Source: an uncultured Flavobacteriaceae bacterium | GTDB lineage: Bacteria > Bacteroidota > Bacteroidia > Flavobacteriales > Flavobacteriaceae | Assembly (NCBI GenBank): GCA_964353005.1 | Contig: CAYGUC010000008.1 | Location: forward strand, 17,579-81,578 | Direction: 5' to 3' | Length of the DNA: 64,000 nt | Shown: positions 20,328-28,913 of the stretch, in pieces | Numbering within the stretch: position 1 is the first letter of the stretch | Layout of the letters: each line of letters opens with the position of its first letter | Translations under genes and position numbers: made by a program | Notes under the pieces: model-generated | What the model saw: the letters and a program-made list of their open reading frames with translations, nothing else | The model's database searches: none | Told to the model about the DNA's origin: nothing

Positions 20328-20615
20328 AATCCATAACCGCAGAGCAAGCTCACGAGGTATGCTTGCGAACGTGAGTTTCTAAAAATTTGGTTTAAAAAAG
20401 CCGTCAAATGGAGTGATTTTTGATAGAAAATTGTATTGCTCTTTCGACAAGCTCAAGATGACAAGGCTTTTGGTTTAAAATTTATTTGTCTTCGATAGTT
20501 CTGCTGAGTTTTGCCGAAGTACAATTTTCTATCAAAAATCACTCTGACTCACGTAAATTTTCTTACACCGAACTCAGGTTCCGAAAATATATTTTGTTTT
20601 TGAGGCAAGTCTCGA
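20328..20615. repeat. Mosaic intergenic repeat element (copy 1) with an internal perfect 25-bp inverted repeat
   Basis: gagtgatttttgatagaaaattgta (20411-20435) is the exact reverse complement of 20520-20544. Modules are shared with 21091-21310, 52171-52240 and 63885-64000. Confidence 0.85.
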
Positions 20616-20654
20616 AGAATTAAACTTCACAATGTGATTAAATATCAGATACAC

Positions 20655-20682
20655 AAAAAGCTACCAAATTAGTAGCTTTTTT
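20655..20682 (-). terminator. Bidirectional-type hairpin terminator downstream of the GlsB-family gene
   Basis: aaaaagctac / gtagcttttt perfect 10-bp stem with a 7-nt loop, flanked by A- and T-runs. Confidence 0.7.
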
Positions 20683-20703
20683 GTATAGTTTGTTATGTTT
20701 TGT

Positions 20704-20952
20704 TTAGCGTTTTTTAAATATCAAATTAATCAAAAACAGGATTAGTATTGCTCCTATAGCACCTGTAAGAATTGCTCCTAGCCAACCAGTACCTAAACTA
20801 ATACCTAATTGCCCTAAAAGCCAGTATCCTACAAAACTACCAACGATTCCAACTATAATATTTCCGATAAGGCCAAGACCTCCACCTTTGTAAATGGTAC
20901 TACCCAGCCAACCGGCTACTGCACCAATAATAATCGTTACAATTATTTCCAT
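20704..20952 (-). CDS. GlsB/YeaQ/YmgE-family small stress membrane protein
   Basis: 82 aa, Gly-rich TM helices (IIGAVAGWLGS..., IVGIVGSFVGYWL). Confidence 0.8.
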   Translation of the reverse strand: MEIIVTIIIGAVAGWLGSTIYKGGGLGLIGNIIVGIVGSFVGYWLLGQLGISLGTGWLGAILTGAIGAILILFLINLIFKKR

Positions 20953-21090
20953 ATTTTTAGTTTTAAATTATTAATAAAGTGTTAATATATTCAAAAATAA
21001 GGACTTATCCTATAAGATTTTTTACTTGCTCAGCTAAATCAACCTTTAAAGCATAAGCTTCTAAAAGTTTTTATTTTCTATTACTGTACT

Positions 21091-21310
21091 AATCCATAAC
21101 CTCGGAGCAAGCTCTATGTCATTAAGTTAAGCTGTATCTTTTTGAGAATTAAATATCTGTAAAAACAAAATACTCCTTTATTTCCATTATGGATTCCAGC
21201 CTACGCTGGAATGACAAAAAAAATATCCTAAACGGAATCGAAAAACTGTAAGCAATGCTGTTTGCAATTACATTTCGATCTCAGCAGAACTATTGAGAAA
21301 CTGCTATGCT
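21091..21310. repeat. Mosaic intergenic repeat element (copy 2)
   Basis: Shares aatccataacc.c.gagcaagctc with 20328. It also carries an inverted copy of the cgatagttctgctgag module (21279-21296 versus 20502-20518) and the hairpin ttccagcctacgctggaa. Confidence 0.75.
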
Positions 21311-21332
21311 ATATAAAAACAGAAGTTATATT

Positions 21333-24300
21333 TTATTGTAATAACTTAAGTCCTTCATTTTTACATAAAAAAAGCGTATATTTTTTATCTTGAATAACAA
21401 TCCTTTCTGCTGCTTTTATTTGTACTCCTTGTAATGCGGCTAATAGTACAGAAAAGCCAGATGTTTCTTTATTTTTGTATAAAAAATATCCTTTATTAGC
21501 GTCATACCGTATGGTTTCTACTTCGGCTTCGTATAAGGAACCTATACCTAATATATCTTCTGTACCATCTTGATTAAAATCTGAGATAACAAAATCTGTA
21601 GTTGGCCCAAATTGTGCTTCTTTAGGCAATGGTTTGATAGTAAAATCTCCTTTGCCATTATTTATTAATAGTAGGGTGCTAAAATTGGTTGCTGTGTAAT
21701 GGGTAGCTTCTCGCAAATCCTGATCTCCATAAATATCTGACAAGGATGCGTTTGCAAATTCTCCGTATGTTTTAAATTTATTTTTTAATAATGGTACTTG
21801 TTCAGAAGAGCACTCTTTTCCTCGTACGGGTAGCAACAATCCTGTTTTAGATTCTTTGCTTAGTATGATATCCAGACTATTGCTATTATCAAAGTCTTTA
21901 GCATAAATATGTAGCGGTTTCTCTTTTTTGGGGTGGTACTTGGTATTTTCTCCTATGTTGCCTAATACATAGTCGGTATCACCATCTTTATCTATATCTG
22001 TAGCTTTTATGGTAAAATACCATCCGGAAGTATGTTGTAATACTTCGCTTTCTTTTTTGGTGAATTTACCATTATTGTTATCCAAAATAGTAATCGGCAT
22101 CCACTCTCCTACTATTAAAAGATCTTCGTCCCCATCCTTATCATAATCTGAAAAAATTGCATCGTTTACCATTTGTAACTCTTCTGTCCCACTAGAAATT
22201 TCTTTAGTTACTTCTATAAACTTTCCAGATTCATTTTTTAAGAAATAAGAAGGATAGGACAATGGGTATTTACCTGGTTGTACGCCACTCCCAACAAAAA
22301 GATCGAGATCCCCATCCTTATCAAAATCGTATACGGTAACGGTTGTAGAAACAGATTTGATATCTGGTAATACTTTACTTTTTGTAAAGTTTCCTTTTCC
22401 GTCATTTTCATAAATCCTGTCTAAAAGCCAGTTGGTATTTTCTTTATCTTCGTAACTACCGCTGGCTACATACAAATCCTGATCTCCATCCTGATCCATA
22501 TCAAAAAATAAAGCCTGATTATCTTCAAACTCTTTATCTTGTTGAAAAACCAGGGTGCTCGAAGCTCTAAAACTTCCATCGTTATTTTGAATATATAAAG
22601 CAGAAGGTGCTCCTTTTGCATTTCCTACAAAAAAATCATCTTTTCCATCGTTATTTACATCTCCTACAACAAGAGCTTTTCCTTTTTCACTTTGTTTTTG
22701 TGGTAGTAATAATTGTAAATTATAATCTTCAAACTCCTGCTCGTTGTTTTTATAATCTATACCAAACTTTGCTGCATCTATAAGCAATGCTGTTCCACTT
22801 TCTTTTTTATCTGTTTTTACGTTTAAATTACTTTCTTTTTCGTGTATCGTGAGTAATTGGTTACTTTCTATATCTTTAAGAGTAGTGGATTTTCCCTGTG
22901 GCCATTCTACCAAAATACTATCTATCGTGGTTATGTTTCCTAATCCAAAATGCAATCGTTGGGTAACCGAGGATTGAAATCCTCTTACCATATACAGATC
23001 TCTGGATTGCTGTGTATCTTTGGTATATACTTTTACATTTGCTCCTATGGCATCAGGGTTTTTATCTCCCCCTAAAAGTTTGATGGATATATAATTGGTA
23101 TCTTCTTGATTATTTTTATAGATACTAGCAGTATCCATTTGGTTGTTCAAAACCAAATCTAAGTCTCCGTCATTATCAAAATCTGCGTAGGCTACTCCAT
23201 TAGAGTTTACTTTTTGCTCTAGTCCCCATTGCTCTGTGACCGAGGCAAAGGTTAGGTCTTTGTTATTCACAAACATCTTATTGTTTAGCTTTGCAGAAGG
23301 CATCATGTGTATAGCTTCTTCTAAAGTTACTTTTTTACGGTTTACGATGTTTGTTTTCATTCTATTTCTAAAATCTTGATTCGAAAGGTCATGTAAAATA
23401 CCATTCGTAACAAAAAGATCGTTATACCCGTCGTTATTAAAGTCTGCCAATACGGGTGCCCAGCTCCAGTCTGTTTTTGCTATTTCTGCCAATTGCCCAA
23501 TTTCGCTATACACTCCATTACCCAGATTAAGTTGCAACATATTAGACATATATTGATGGTGATACCCGGCATCTACCAAAAGATTAAAGTTTTCTGTACT
23601 CATGGTTGCCATATTTTCTTTACTCCTTTTATGATCTTCGGCTGCCATATCCAAAACAATCAAATCTGGCTTTAAATCATTATTTATATCTGCATAGTCG
23701 GATCCCATACTATTAGCTGAAATATGATCTAAAGTATTAAGAATAGTATTCGTAAATGTGCCATCTTGATTATTGATGTATAGAAAATCTGGCTCTAGAA
23801 AATCATTTGCTACGTATATATCTGGCCAATTATCATTATTAAAATCCCCTATAGAGGCACTTAGTCCCCAGGCTTTATTTAAAACCCCTGCTTTTTGAGT
23901 AATATCTATATATTTTCCGTCTTTGTTTTCAAAAAGTTGGTCTGTACTGTTGGGGTGATAATCTGTTTGGATTTTAGGGTCTATCGCAACATTGTTATTA
24001 AAATCTGGTCTGTGGTTCACCAGATAAATATCTATATCTCCATCTTTATCAAAATCTAAATAGTATGCTTGTGTCGAAAACGCAGTAGAAGCCAGCCCAT
24101 ATTGGCTTGCTTGTTCTAAAAAAGTGCCATCCTTTTGATTGATGTATAATTTGTTTTTTCTTTTGGTATCATCCTGTAAAGACCCTGATTTACAAACATA
24201 TATATCTAGCCAACCATCGGCATTGATATCTATAACAGAGACTCCTGTAGACCAGCCATCTGTATCTGTTACTCCTGCTTTTGCAGTAATATCTTCAAAA

Positions 24301-24614
24301 ATAAAATCTCCTTTATTAAGGTATAAGGCATTAGTACCTTGATTAGAACTAAAATATATATCCTCTAATCCATCGTTATTAATATCTCCAACTGCTACTC
24401 CTCCACCATTATAAATGTAAGAGTAGTTGAGAAAATTAAAATACAGAGTTTCTTCGACTGTATTTTTAAAATGTACTGTGCTGTATGTTTCAGGAACTAA
24501 TTCGAATACTGGTGTTTTTTTGGTTTCCTGTACCAATACCTGATTTTTACTTATATCTTTTTTACAGCCTACGGCGATAACCATGATTAGTGTGAAGTAA
24601 ACTATATTGCGCAT
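21333..24614 (-). CDS. Large FG-GAP/VCBS-repeat lipoprotein (CRTAC1/ASPIC-UnbV-like)
   Basis: Lipobox (IAVGCKKD) and many repeats of the D.N.DG..D(I/L)(Y/F)V type (DINNDGLEDIYF, DINADGWLDIYV, DFDKDGDIDIYL, DFDNDGDLDLVL and others). Confidence 0.85.
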   Translation of the reverse strand: MRNIVYFTLIMVIAVGCKKDISKNQVLVQETKKTPVFELVPETYSTVHFKNTVEETLYFNFLNYSYIYNGGGVAVGDINNDGLEDIYFSSNQGTNALYLNKGDFIFEDITAKAGVTDTDGWSTGVSVIDINADGWLDIYVCKSGSLQDDTKRKNKLYINQKDGTFLEQASQYGLASTAFSTQAYYLDFDKDGDIDIYLVNHRPDFNNNVAIDPKIQTDYHPNSTDQLFENKDGKYIDITQKAGVLNKAWGLSASIGDFNNDNWPDIYVANDFLEPDFLYINNQDGTFTNTILNTLDHISANSMGSDYADINNDLKPDLIVLDMAAEDHKRSKENMATMSTENFNLLVDAGYHHQYMSNMLQLNLGNGVYSEIGQLAEIAKTDWSWAPVLADFNNDGYNDLFVTNGILHDLSNQDFRNRMKTNIVNRKKVTLEEAIHMMPSAKLNNKMFVNNKDLTFASVTEQWGLEQKVNSNGVAYADFDNDGDLDLVLNNQMDTASIYKNNQEDTNYISIKLLGGDKNPDAIGANVKVYTKDTQQSRDLYMVRGFQSSVTQRLHFGLGNITTIDSILVEWPQGKSTTLKDIESNQLLTIHEKESNLNVKTDKKESGTALLIDAAKFGIDYKNNEQEFEDYNLQLLLPQKQSEKGKALVVGDVNNDGKDDFFVGNAKGAPSALYIQNNDGSFRASSTLVFQQDKEFEDNQALFFDMDQDGDQDLYVASGSYEDKENTNWLLDRIYENDGKGNFTKSKVLPDIKSVSTTVTVYDFDKDGDLDLFVGSGVQPGKYPLSYPSYFLKNESGKFIEVTKEISSGTEELQMVNDAIFSDYDKDGDEDLLIVGEWMPITILDNNNGKFTKKESEVLQHTSGWYFTIKATDIDKDGDTDYVLGNIGENTKYHPKKEKPLHIYAKDFDNSNSLDIILSKESKTGLLLPVRGKECSSEQVPLLKNKFKTYGEFANASLSDIYGDQDLREATHYTATNFSTLLLINNGKGDFTIKPLPKEAQFGPTTDFVISDFNQDGTEDILGIGSLYEAEVETIRYDANKGYFLYKNKETSGFSVLLAALQGVQIKAAERIVIQDKKYTLFLCKNEGLKLLQ

Positions 24615-24840
24615 ATTTTTCTTAAAAATTTAGTATTTATTTTAGAAATTTCTGAAAATAAGAAACATTTTTTATGAATATAAACTTATCTCCCAAACTA
24701 CACAATTTACCCCATAAACAACACCAATACGTCTACAAAAATTAATAAACCTCTACAATCTGTATTGTTATTTTAATCTGTAAGCATAAAATATTGTACG
24801 TTAAATAAATGATAAAACAATGTGCTGCATTGTTATTTTT

Positions 24841-24855
24841 TGCAACTTTGGTGCA
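24841..24855. promoter_or_regulatory. Palindrome TGCAACTTTGGTGCA, 5 bp upstream of the ATG at 24861 (site 1 of 3)
   Basis: Near-perfect inverted repeat (one mismatch). Nearly identical to the sites at 31060 and 37040. Confidence 0.5.
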
Positions 24856-24860
24856 ATAAG

Positions 24861-25208
24861 ATGAAAAATATAAAGACTTTCTCTTCCATTATTAGATTGC
24901 CTTTATTGGCATGGGTACTCTTATTGGTGTTTTTAACCAACCCGATAATTGAAGGGGTTCATCATCTTACAATTCTACATTCTGATACTAGTCCAATCTC
25001 TAATGATCTGGAACTACACTCTTCTAATCCAGATTGTATACTATGCGATTTTCTAATAGATAGAAAGGTTCCTTATTTATTATCCAATTTTACCATAATA
25101 GAGGATATTCCAAAAGATGTTATGCATTTCGCACCAAACTTATTGGAAGATTTATACGTATTTGATATTCTTCTATTTCCTTTGGCAAACAGCCCTCCTT
25201 TATCCTAA
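24861..25208 (+). CDS. Small membrane-anchored His/Cys-motif protein (115 aa from the ATG at 24861)
   Basis: N-terminal TM (LPLLAWVLLLVFL), then GVHHLTILHSD...CILCD and a C-terminal SPPLS. Paralogous to 52543-52851. The track start at 24822 is a GTG, and the internal ATG is preferred. Confidence 0.6.
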   Translation: MKNIKTFSSIIRLPLLAWVLLLVFLTNPIIEGVHHLTILHSDTSPISNDLELHSSNPDCILCDFLIDRKVPYLLSNFTIIEDIPKDVMHFAPNLLEDLYVFDILLFPLANSPPLS

Positions 25209-25372
25209 AAAGTTTCGATTAGCAAGAAGCTAAAAAACTTATTTCTACTTATAAAATAATATAACTACTCTTTTTTAATAAAAGTAAGATAGTATGTACT
25301 ACTAAGTATTGTATATCTAAATATTAGAATACTCAAACATTTTACAGGCTTAACCAATAACTCTATAAACCC

Positions 25373-26071
25373 GTGCTACAAGCTATTAATTTAACAAAAA
25401 AATATCATAACCACACTGCTTTAGATAATTTAAACTTAACTGTAAATCGAGGAGATATTTTTTGTCTTCTTGGTCAAAACGGAGCAGGTAAAACAACTAC
25501 TATTAATCTTTTTTTGGGCTTTATTTCTCCTTCTAAAGGTAAAGCCCTTATAAATGGGGTTTTAGTTCAACAAAATGATAATGCTACCAAAAAATTCTTA
25601 GCCTATATCCCAGAAGTAGTTATGTTGTATAGCAATTTGACTAGTATAGAAAATCTGGATTTTTTTAGCAGGCTTGCTGGTTTTACATATTCTAAAGAGG
25701 AACTGGAGAAATTTCTGTGGTCTGTAGGATTACCTAACGATGCTTTTTATAAACGTTTAGGGCAATACTCTAAAGGGATGCGCCAAAAAGTAGGTATTGC
25801 TATTGCTATTGCCAAAAATGCAGATGTTTTATTAATGGATGAGCCTACATCTGGATTAGATCCTATGGCGATAAATGAATTTACAGAATTAGTAAAAAAT
25901 TTGAGCAACCAAGGTAAAGTAGTTCTAATCGCTACTCATGATCTTTTAAACGCAGTAGCTATAGGAACCAGAATAGGTATTATGCGTCGGGGTTGTTTGG
26001 TACATGAATTATCTAATGATAATATTAATGCAAACGAGCTTCAAGAAGTGTACTTAGAAACTATTTTATAA
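25373..26071 (+). CDS. ABC transporter ATP-binding protein
   Basis: Walker A (GQNGAGKTT), signature (YSKGMRQK), Walker B (LLMDEPTSGLD). GTG start. Confidence 0.9.
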   Translation: MLQAINLTKKYHNHTALDNLNLTVNRGDIFCLLGQNGAGKTTTINLFLGFISPSKGKALINGVLVQQNDNATKKFLAYIPEVVMLYSNLTSIENLDFFSRLAGFTYSKEELEKFLWSVGLPNDAFYKRLGQYSKGMRQKVGIAIAIAKNADVLLMDEPTSGLDPMAINEFTELVKNLSNQGKVVLIATHDLLNAVAIGTRIGIMRRGCLVHELSNDNINANELQEVYLETIL

Positions 26072-26078
26072 AAATAAT

Positions 26079-27473
26079 ATGTGGCTTATTATAGCAAGTA
26101 AAGAGATCAGACAAGCTTTTGGCAACCAAGTTTTTATTTTGTTGTGCATAATTACCTGGAGTATCCTAAGTATTTCTATTATTAACGGGTTTAAAAATTA
26201 CCAAAACATAAAACAACAACAACAAGACGCTGTAAGTTTATTTCATAATGAACTGTCCAAAAAAGATAGAGATCCGCACTCTGCTGCTCACTTCGGAACG
26301 TATATATTTAAACCTTTTACCCCTTTAAGTTTATATGACCCAGGAGTAACTAATTACAGTGGTTCTACCTATAGAGTAGAAGCACATAAACAATCAGAGA
26401 TGAACTTTGCAAGCCCTCCTGATACTACTACAATCCTTCGTTTTGGAGAGCTTTCTGCAAGTACTGTTTTACAGTTATTGATACCGCTGTTAATTATTAT
26501 TATTTCTTTTTCTTCGATCTCTAAAGAAAAAGAGGCAGGAACTCTTAAAATTATTTTTGCGCAAGGAGTACAACATCGCACTTTGTTATGGGGGAAAATT
26601 TTTGGTAATTATTTTATTATTATCCTAATTATTTTACCTGTTTTTATCTGTACTTTAATAACTGGTATATTTAGTACCGATATGTTCTTAAAAGCTATAT
26701 TATTTATAGTGGCTTATAGTTTCTATTTTTTTATAATTACCAGTATTTGTGTACTAATTTCGTATAGAAGTAAGACTTCTAAAGACTCTTTATTATTTCT
26801 TCTTTGCATCTGGATACTCTCTTGTATTGTTTTTCCTAAACTTATTGCTGGCATTGCTACAACAAAGTACCCTCTTATCTCTTATCATGAGTTTCAAGAA
26901 CAAATAGATCATGATTTTTCTTTTGGAATCCATAATGATGGTACTTATAAGGAGCGTAAAGAAAAAACGGAAGCCAAATTACTTGCTCAATATCAGATAG
27001 ACAGTATTTCTCTTTTACCGATAAATATAGATGGAGCATTACTGCAAGCTTCAGAAGACTATAACAGTAAAGTTTATCAATATAGATCTAAACCTGTTAC
27101 GCAACAAATGGAACGACAAAAACATGTATATAAATTAGCATCCTTTTTTACCCCATATATTTCTATTCAACAAGCTTCTATGGCTTTTGCAGGGACCGAT
27201 TTATATCACCATCACAATTTTCATAAAAAAGCCAGAATATATCGGGATGGTTTCGTAAAAACATTAAATACAGAGCTTACCAAAATTCCAAAAGATCAAG
27301 AACATATTGTAAACACTACTTTTTTAAAAAACATGAAACAGTTTAGCTATAATTTACCTTCTGTACGATTTGTATTCGAAAAGCAATACTTGGTATTTCT
27401 ATCTTTTTTTTACTGGTTGGTAGCACTAATACTAGCAATAGAAATAAGTATTAAAAAGAAAAGCATTTTATAA
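26079..27473 (+). CDS. Large ABC-2-type permease (DUF3526-like as recalled)
   Basis: N-terminal TM, a central cluster of about five TM helices, a soluble segment of about 150 aa and a C-terminal TM. Follows the ATPase with an 8-bp gap. Confidence 0.7.
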   Translation: MWLIIASKEIRQAFGNQVFILLCIITWSILSISIINGFKNYQNIKQQQQDAVSLFHNELSKKDRDPHSAAHFGTYIFKPFTPLSLYDPGVTNYSGSTYRVEAHKQSEMNFASPPDTTTILRFGELSASTVLQLLIPLLIIIISFSSISKEKEAGTLKIIFAQGVQHRTLLWGKIFGNYFIIILIILPVFICTLITGIFSTDMFLKAILFIVAYSFYFFIITSICVLISYRSKTSKDSLLFLLCIWILSCIVFPKLIAGIATTKYPLISYHEFQEQIDHDFSFGIHNDGTYKERKEKTEAKLLAQYQIDSISLLPINIDGALLQASEDYNSKVYQYRSKPVTQQMERQKHVYKLASFFTPYISIQQASMAFAGTDLYHHHNFHKKARIYRDGFVKTLNTELTKIPKDQEHIVNTTFLKNMKQFSYNLPSVRFVFEKQYLVFLSFFYWLVALILAIEISIKKKSIL

Positions 27474-27476
27474 AAT

Positions 27477-28913
27477 ATGAAGACTATTTTTTTATTTGAA
27501 TGGAAAAAGTTAGTTCGAAGTTCGTTAAATATATATCTTCTGGTATTCTTTATCTGTTTGGGAGGCTATAGCATTTATTATGGTTACAGTGTTACAAAAA
27601 AACAAGTCTTGGTTATTCATGATTTAGAAAATCTGTACAAAAAACAAGTACAAACTACCATTAGTTATTTTGATGCAGACACTACTACTAACAAGGGAAA
27701 AGCTTTATATAATAAAGCGACTCAACCAGATTGGATAGAGCATTTAATCACCCCAATTGCTACATTTTATCCCAATTCTTTTTCATCTATGGCTATTGGT
27801 CATCGAGATGTATATCCTTTTTACAAGGAGATTTCTACAAAGGATAATTCTTTATATGTTTTTGATGCTAATATTTCAAATCCAGAAATATTAGCTTCTG
27901 GTAATTTTGATTTATCCTTTGTAATCATCTATTTGATTCCTTTACTTATGATCGTTTTGTGTCATAATGTTATCTCTGAAGAAAAAGAACAAGGAACATT
28001 TATACTAATTAAATCGCAAAGTAATCACTTTCAAAAATTTATATTCTATAAATTACTTTTTAGAGCATTACTCCTTTTAATTCTTACTTCGATACTCAGT
28101 ATAGTTGCTGCATATTGGTCTCCTATAAGTTCTCCTTTATCTATTTTGGATTTATTGTGCTGGCAATTTGTAATGATTTGTTATTTGTTTTTTTGGTTTG
28201 CTGTTTGCTATTTATTTATCTCTTTTCAGAAAAATGCTATTGTTACATCTCTGTATATGATTGGCATATGGTTATTACTAAGCTTTGTTATTCCTTCTCT
28301 TTTTAATTTCTATATAGATATTTCTCACCCTACAGGAATAAAAGCAGATATGGCCTCTGAAAAACGAAAAATAGAAGAAAGTGTTTGGGATCTTGAACCT
28401 AAAGTGCTACTCCAAAAATTTTATAGCCATTATCCTGAATATGATACAGAAAACCCTAACGATACTATAAAATACAATCCTAAACATTTTGTTGCTTATT
28501 ATGATGCTCTCGAAAAACAACTAATACCCATAGCCAAAATACATAAGGATAGAGAAAATGAAAGAAAGGAACTAATGTCTAAACTATCTGATTTCATCCC
28601 CACTTTGAAAATACAAAAAACACTAAATCAAATTGGCAATACGGATTTTAATAGCTACAAATACTTTGAAGAATCTACATTGTCGTTTCAGATAAAATGG
28701 AAAAAATTTATTTATCACTTCATCTTTAAAGATAAAAACCTACAAATAAATGATTACTTAACAATGCCAAAATACCCCAAAGTTGGGTTACAAAAACAGT
28801 ATAAAAAAATTTTAGGAAGTGCAATAACCTTTATTTTACTGGCCTTTATCATAATCTTATTACAAACATACGTAACATACAATTCGAATACATATTTAAC
28901 AATCAAACAATGA
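27477..28913 (+). CDS. Large ABC-2-type permease (DUF3526-like as recalled), paralog of the preceding gene
   Basis: Same architecture as 26079-27473. There is a 3-bp gap upstream and a 4-bp overlap with the downstream receptor gene. Confidence 0.7.
   Translation: MKTIFLFEWKKLVRSSLNIYLLVFFICLGGYSIYYGYSVTKKQVLVIHDLENLYKKQVQTTISYFDADTTTNKGKALYNKATQPDWIEHLITPIATFYPNSFSSMAIGHRDVYPFYKEISTKDNSLYVFDANISNPEILASGNFDLSFVIIYLIPLLMIVLCHNVISEEKEQGTFILIKSQSNHFQKFIFYKLLFRALLLLILTSILSIVAAYWSPISSPLSILDLLCWQFVMICYLFFWFAVCYLFISFQKNAIVTSLYMIGIWLLLSFVIPSLFNFYIDISHPTGIKADMASEKRKIEESVWDLEPKVLLQKFYSHYPEYDTENPNDTIKYNPKHFVAYYDALEKQLIPIAKIHKDRENERKELMSKLSDFIPTLKIQKTLNQIGNTDFNSYKYFEESTLSFQIKWKKFIYHFIFKDKNLQINDYLTMPKYPKVGLQKQYKKILGSAITFILLAFIIILLQTYVTYNSNTYLTIKQ

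Noticed and set aside
24822-24860. GTG-initiated 13-aa extension of the small His/Cys protein
   Set aside because: It would read through the 15-bp palindrome. The ATG at 24861 gives a conventional MKN...TM start matching the paralog at 52851.
25373-28913. ABC ATPase plus two permeases interpreted as a definite LanFEG-type lantibiotic immunity transporter
   Set aside because: The permeases are about twice the size of LanE/LanG. They are translationally linked to a TonB-dependent receptor, which points to a receptor-associated ABC-2 system. The immunity or export role remains only an alternative hypothesis.
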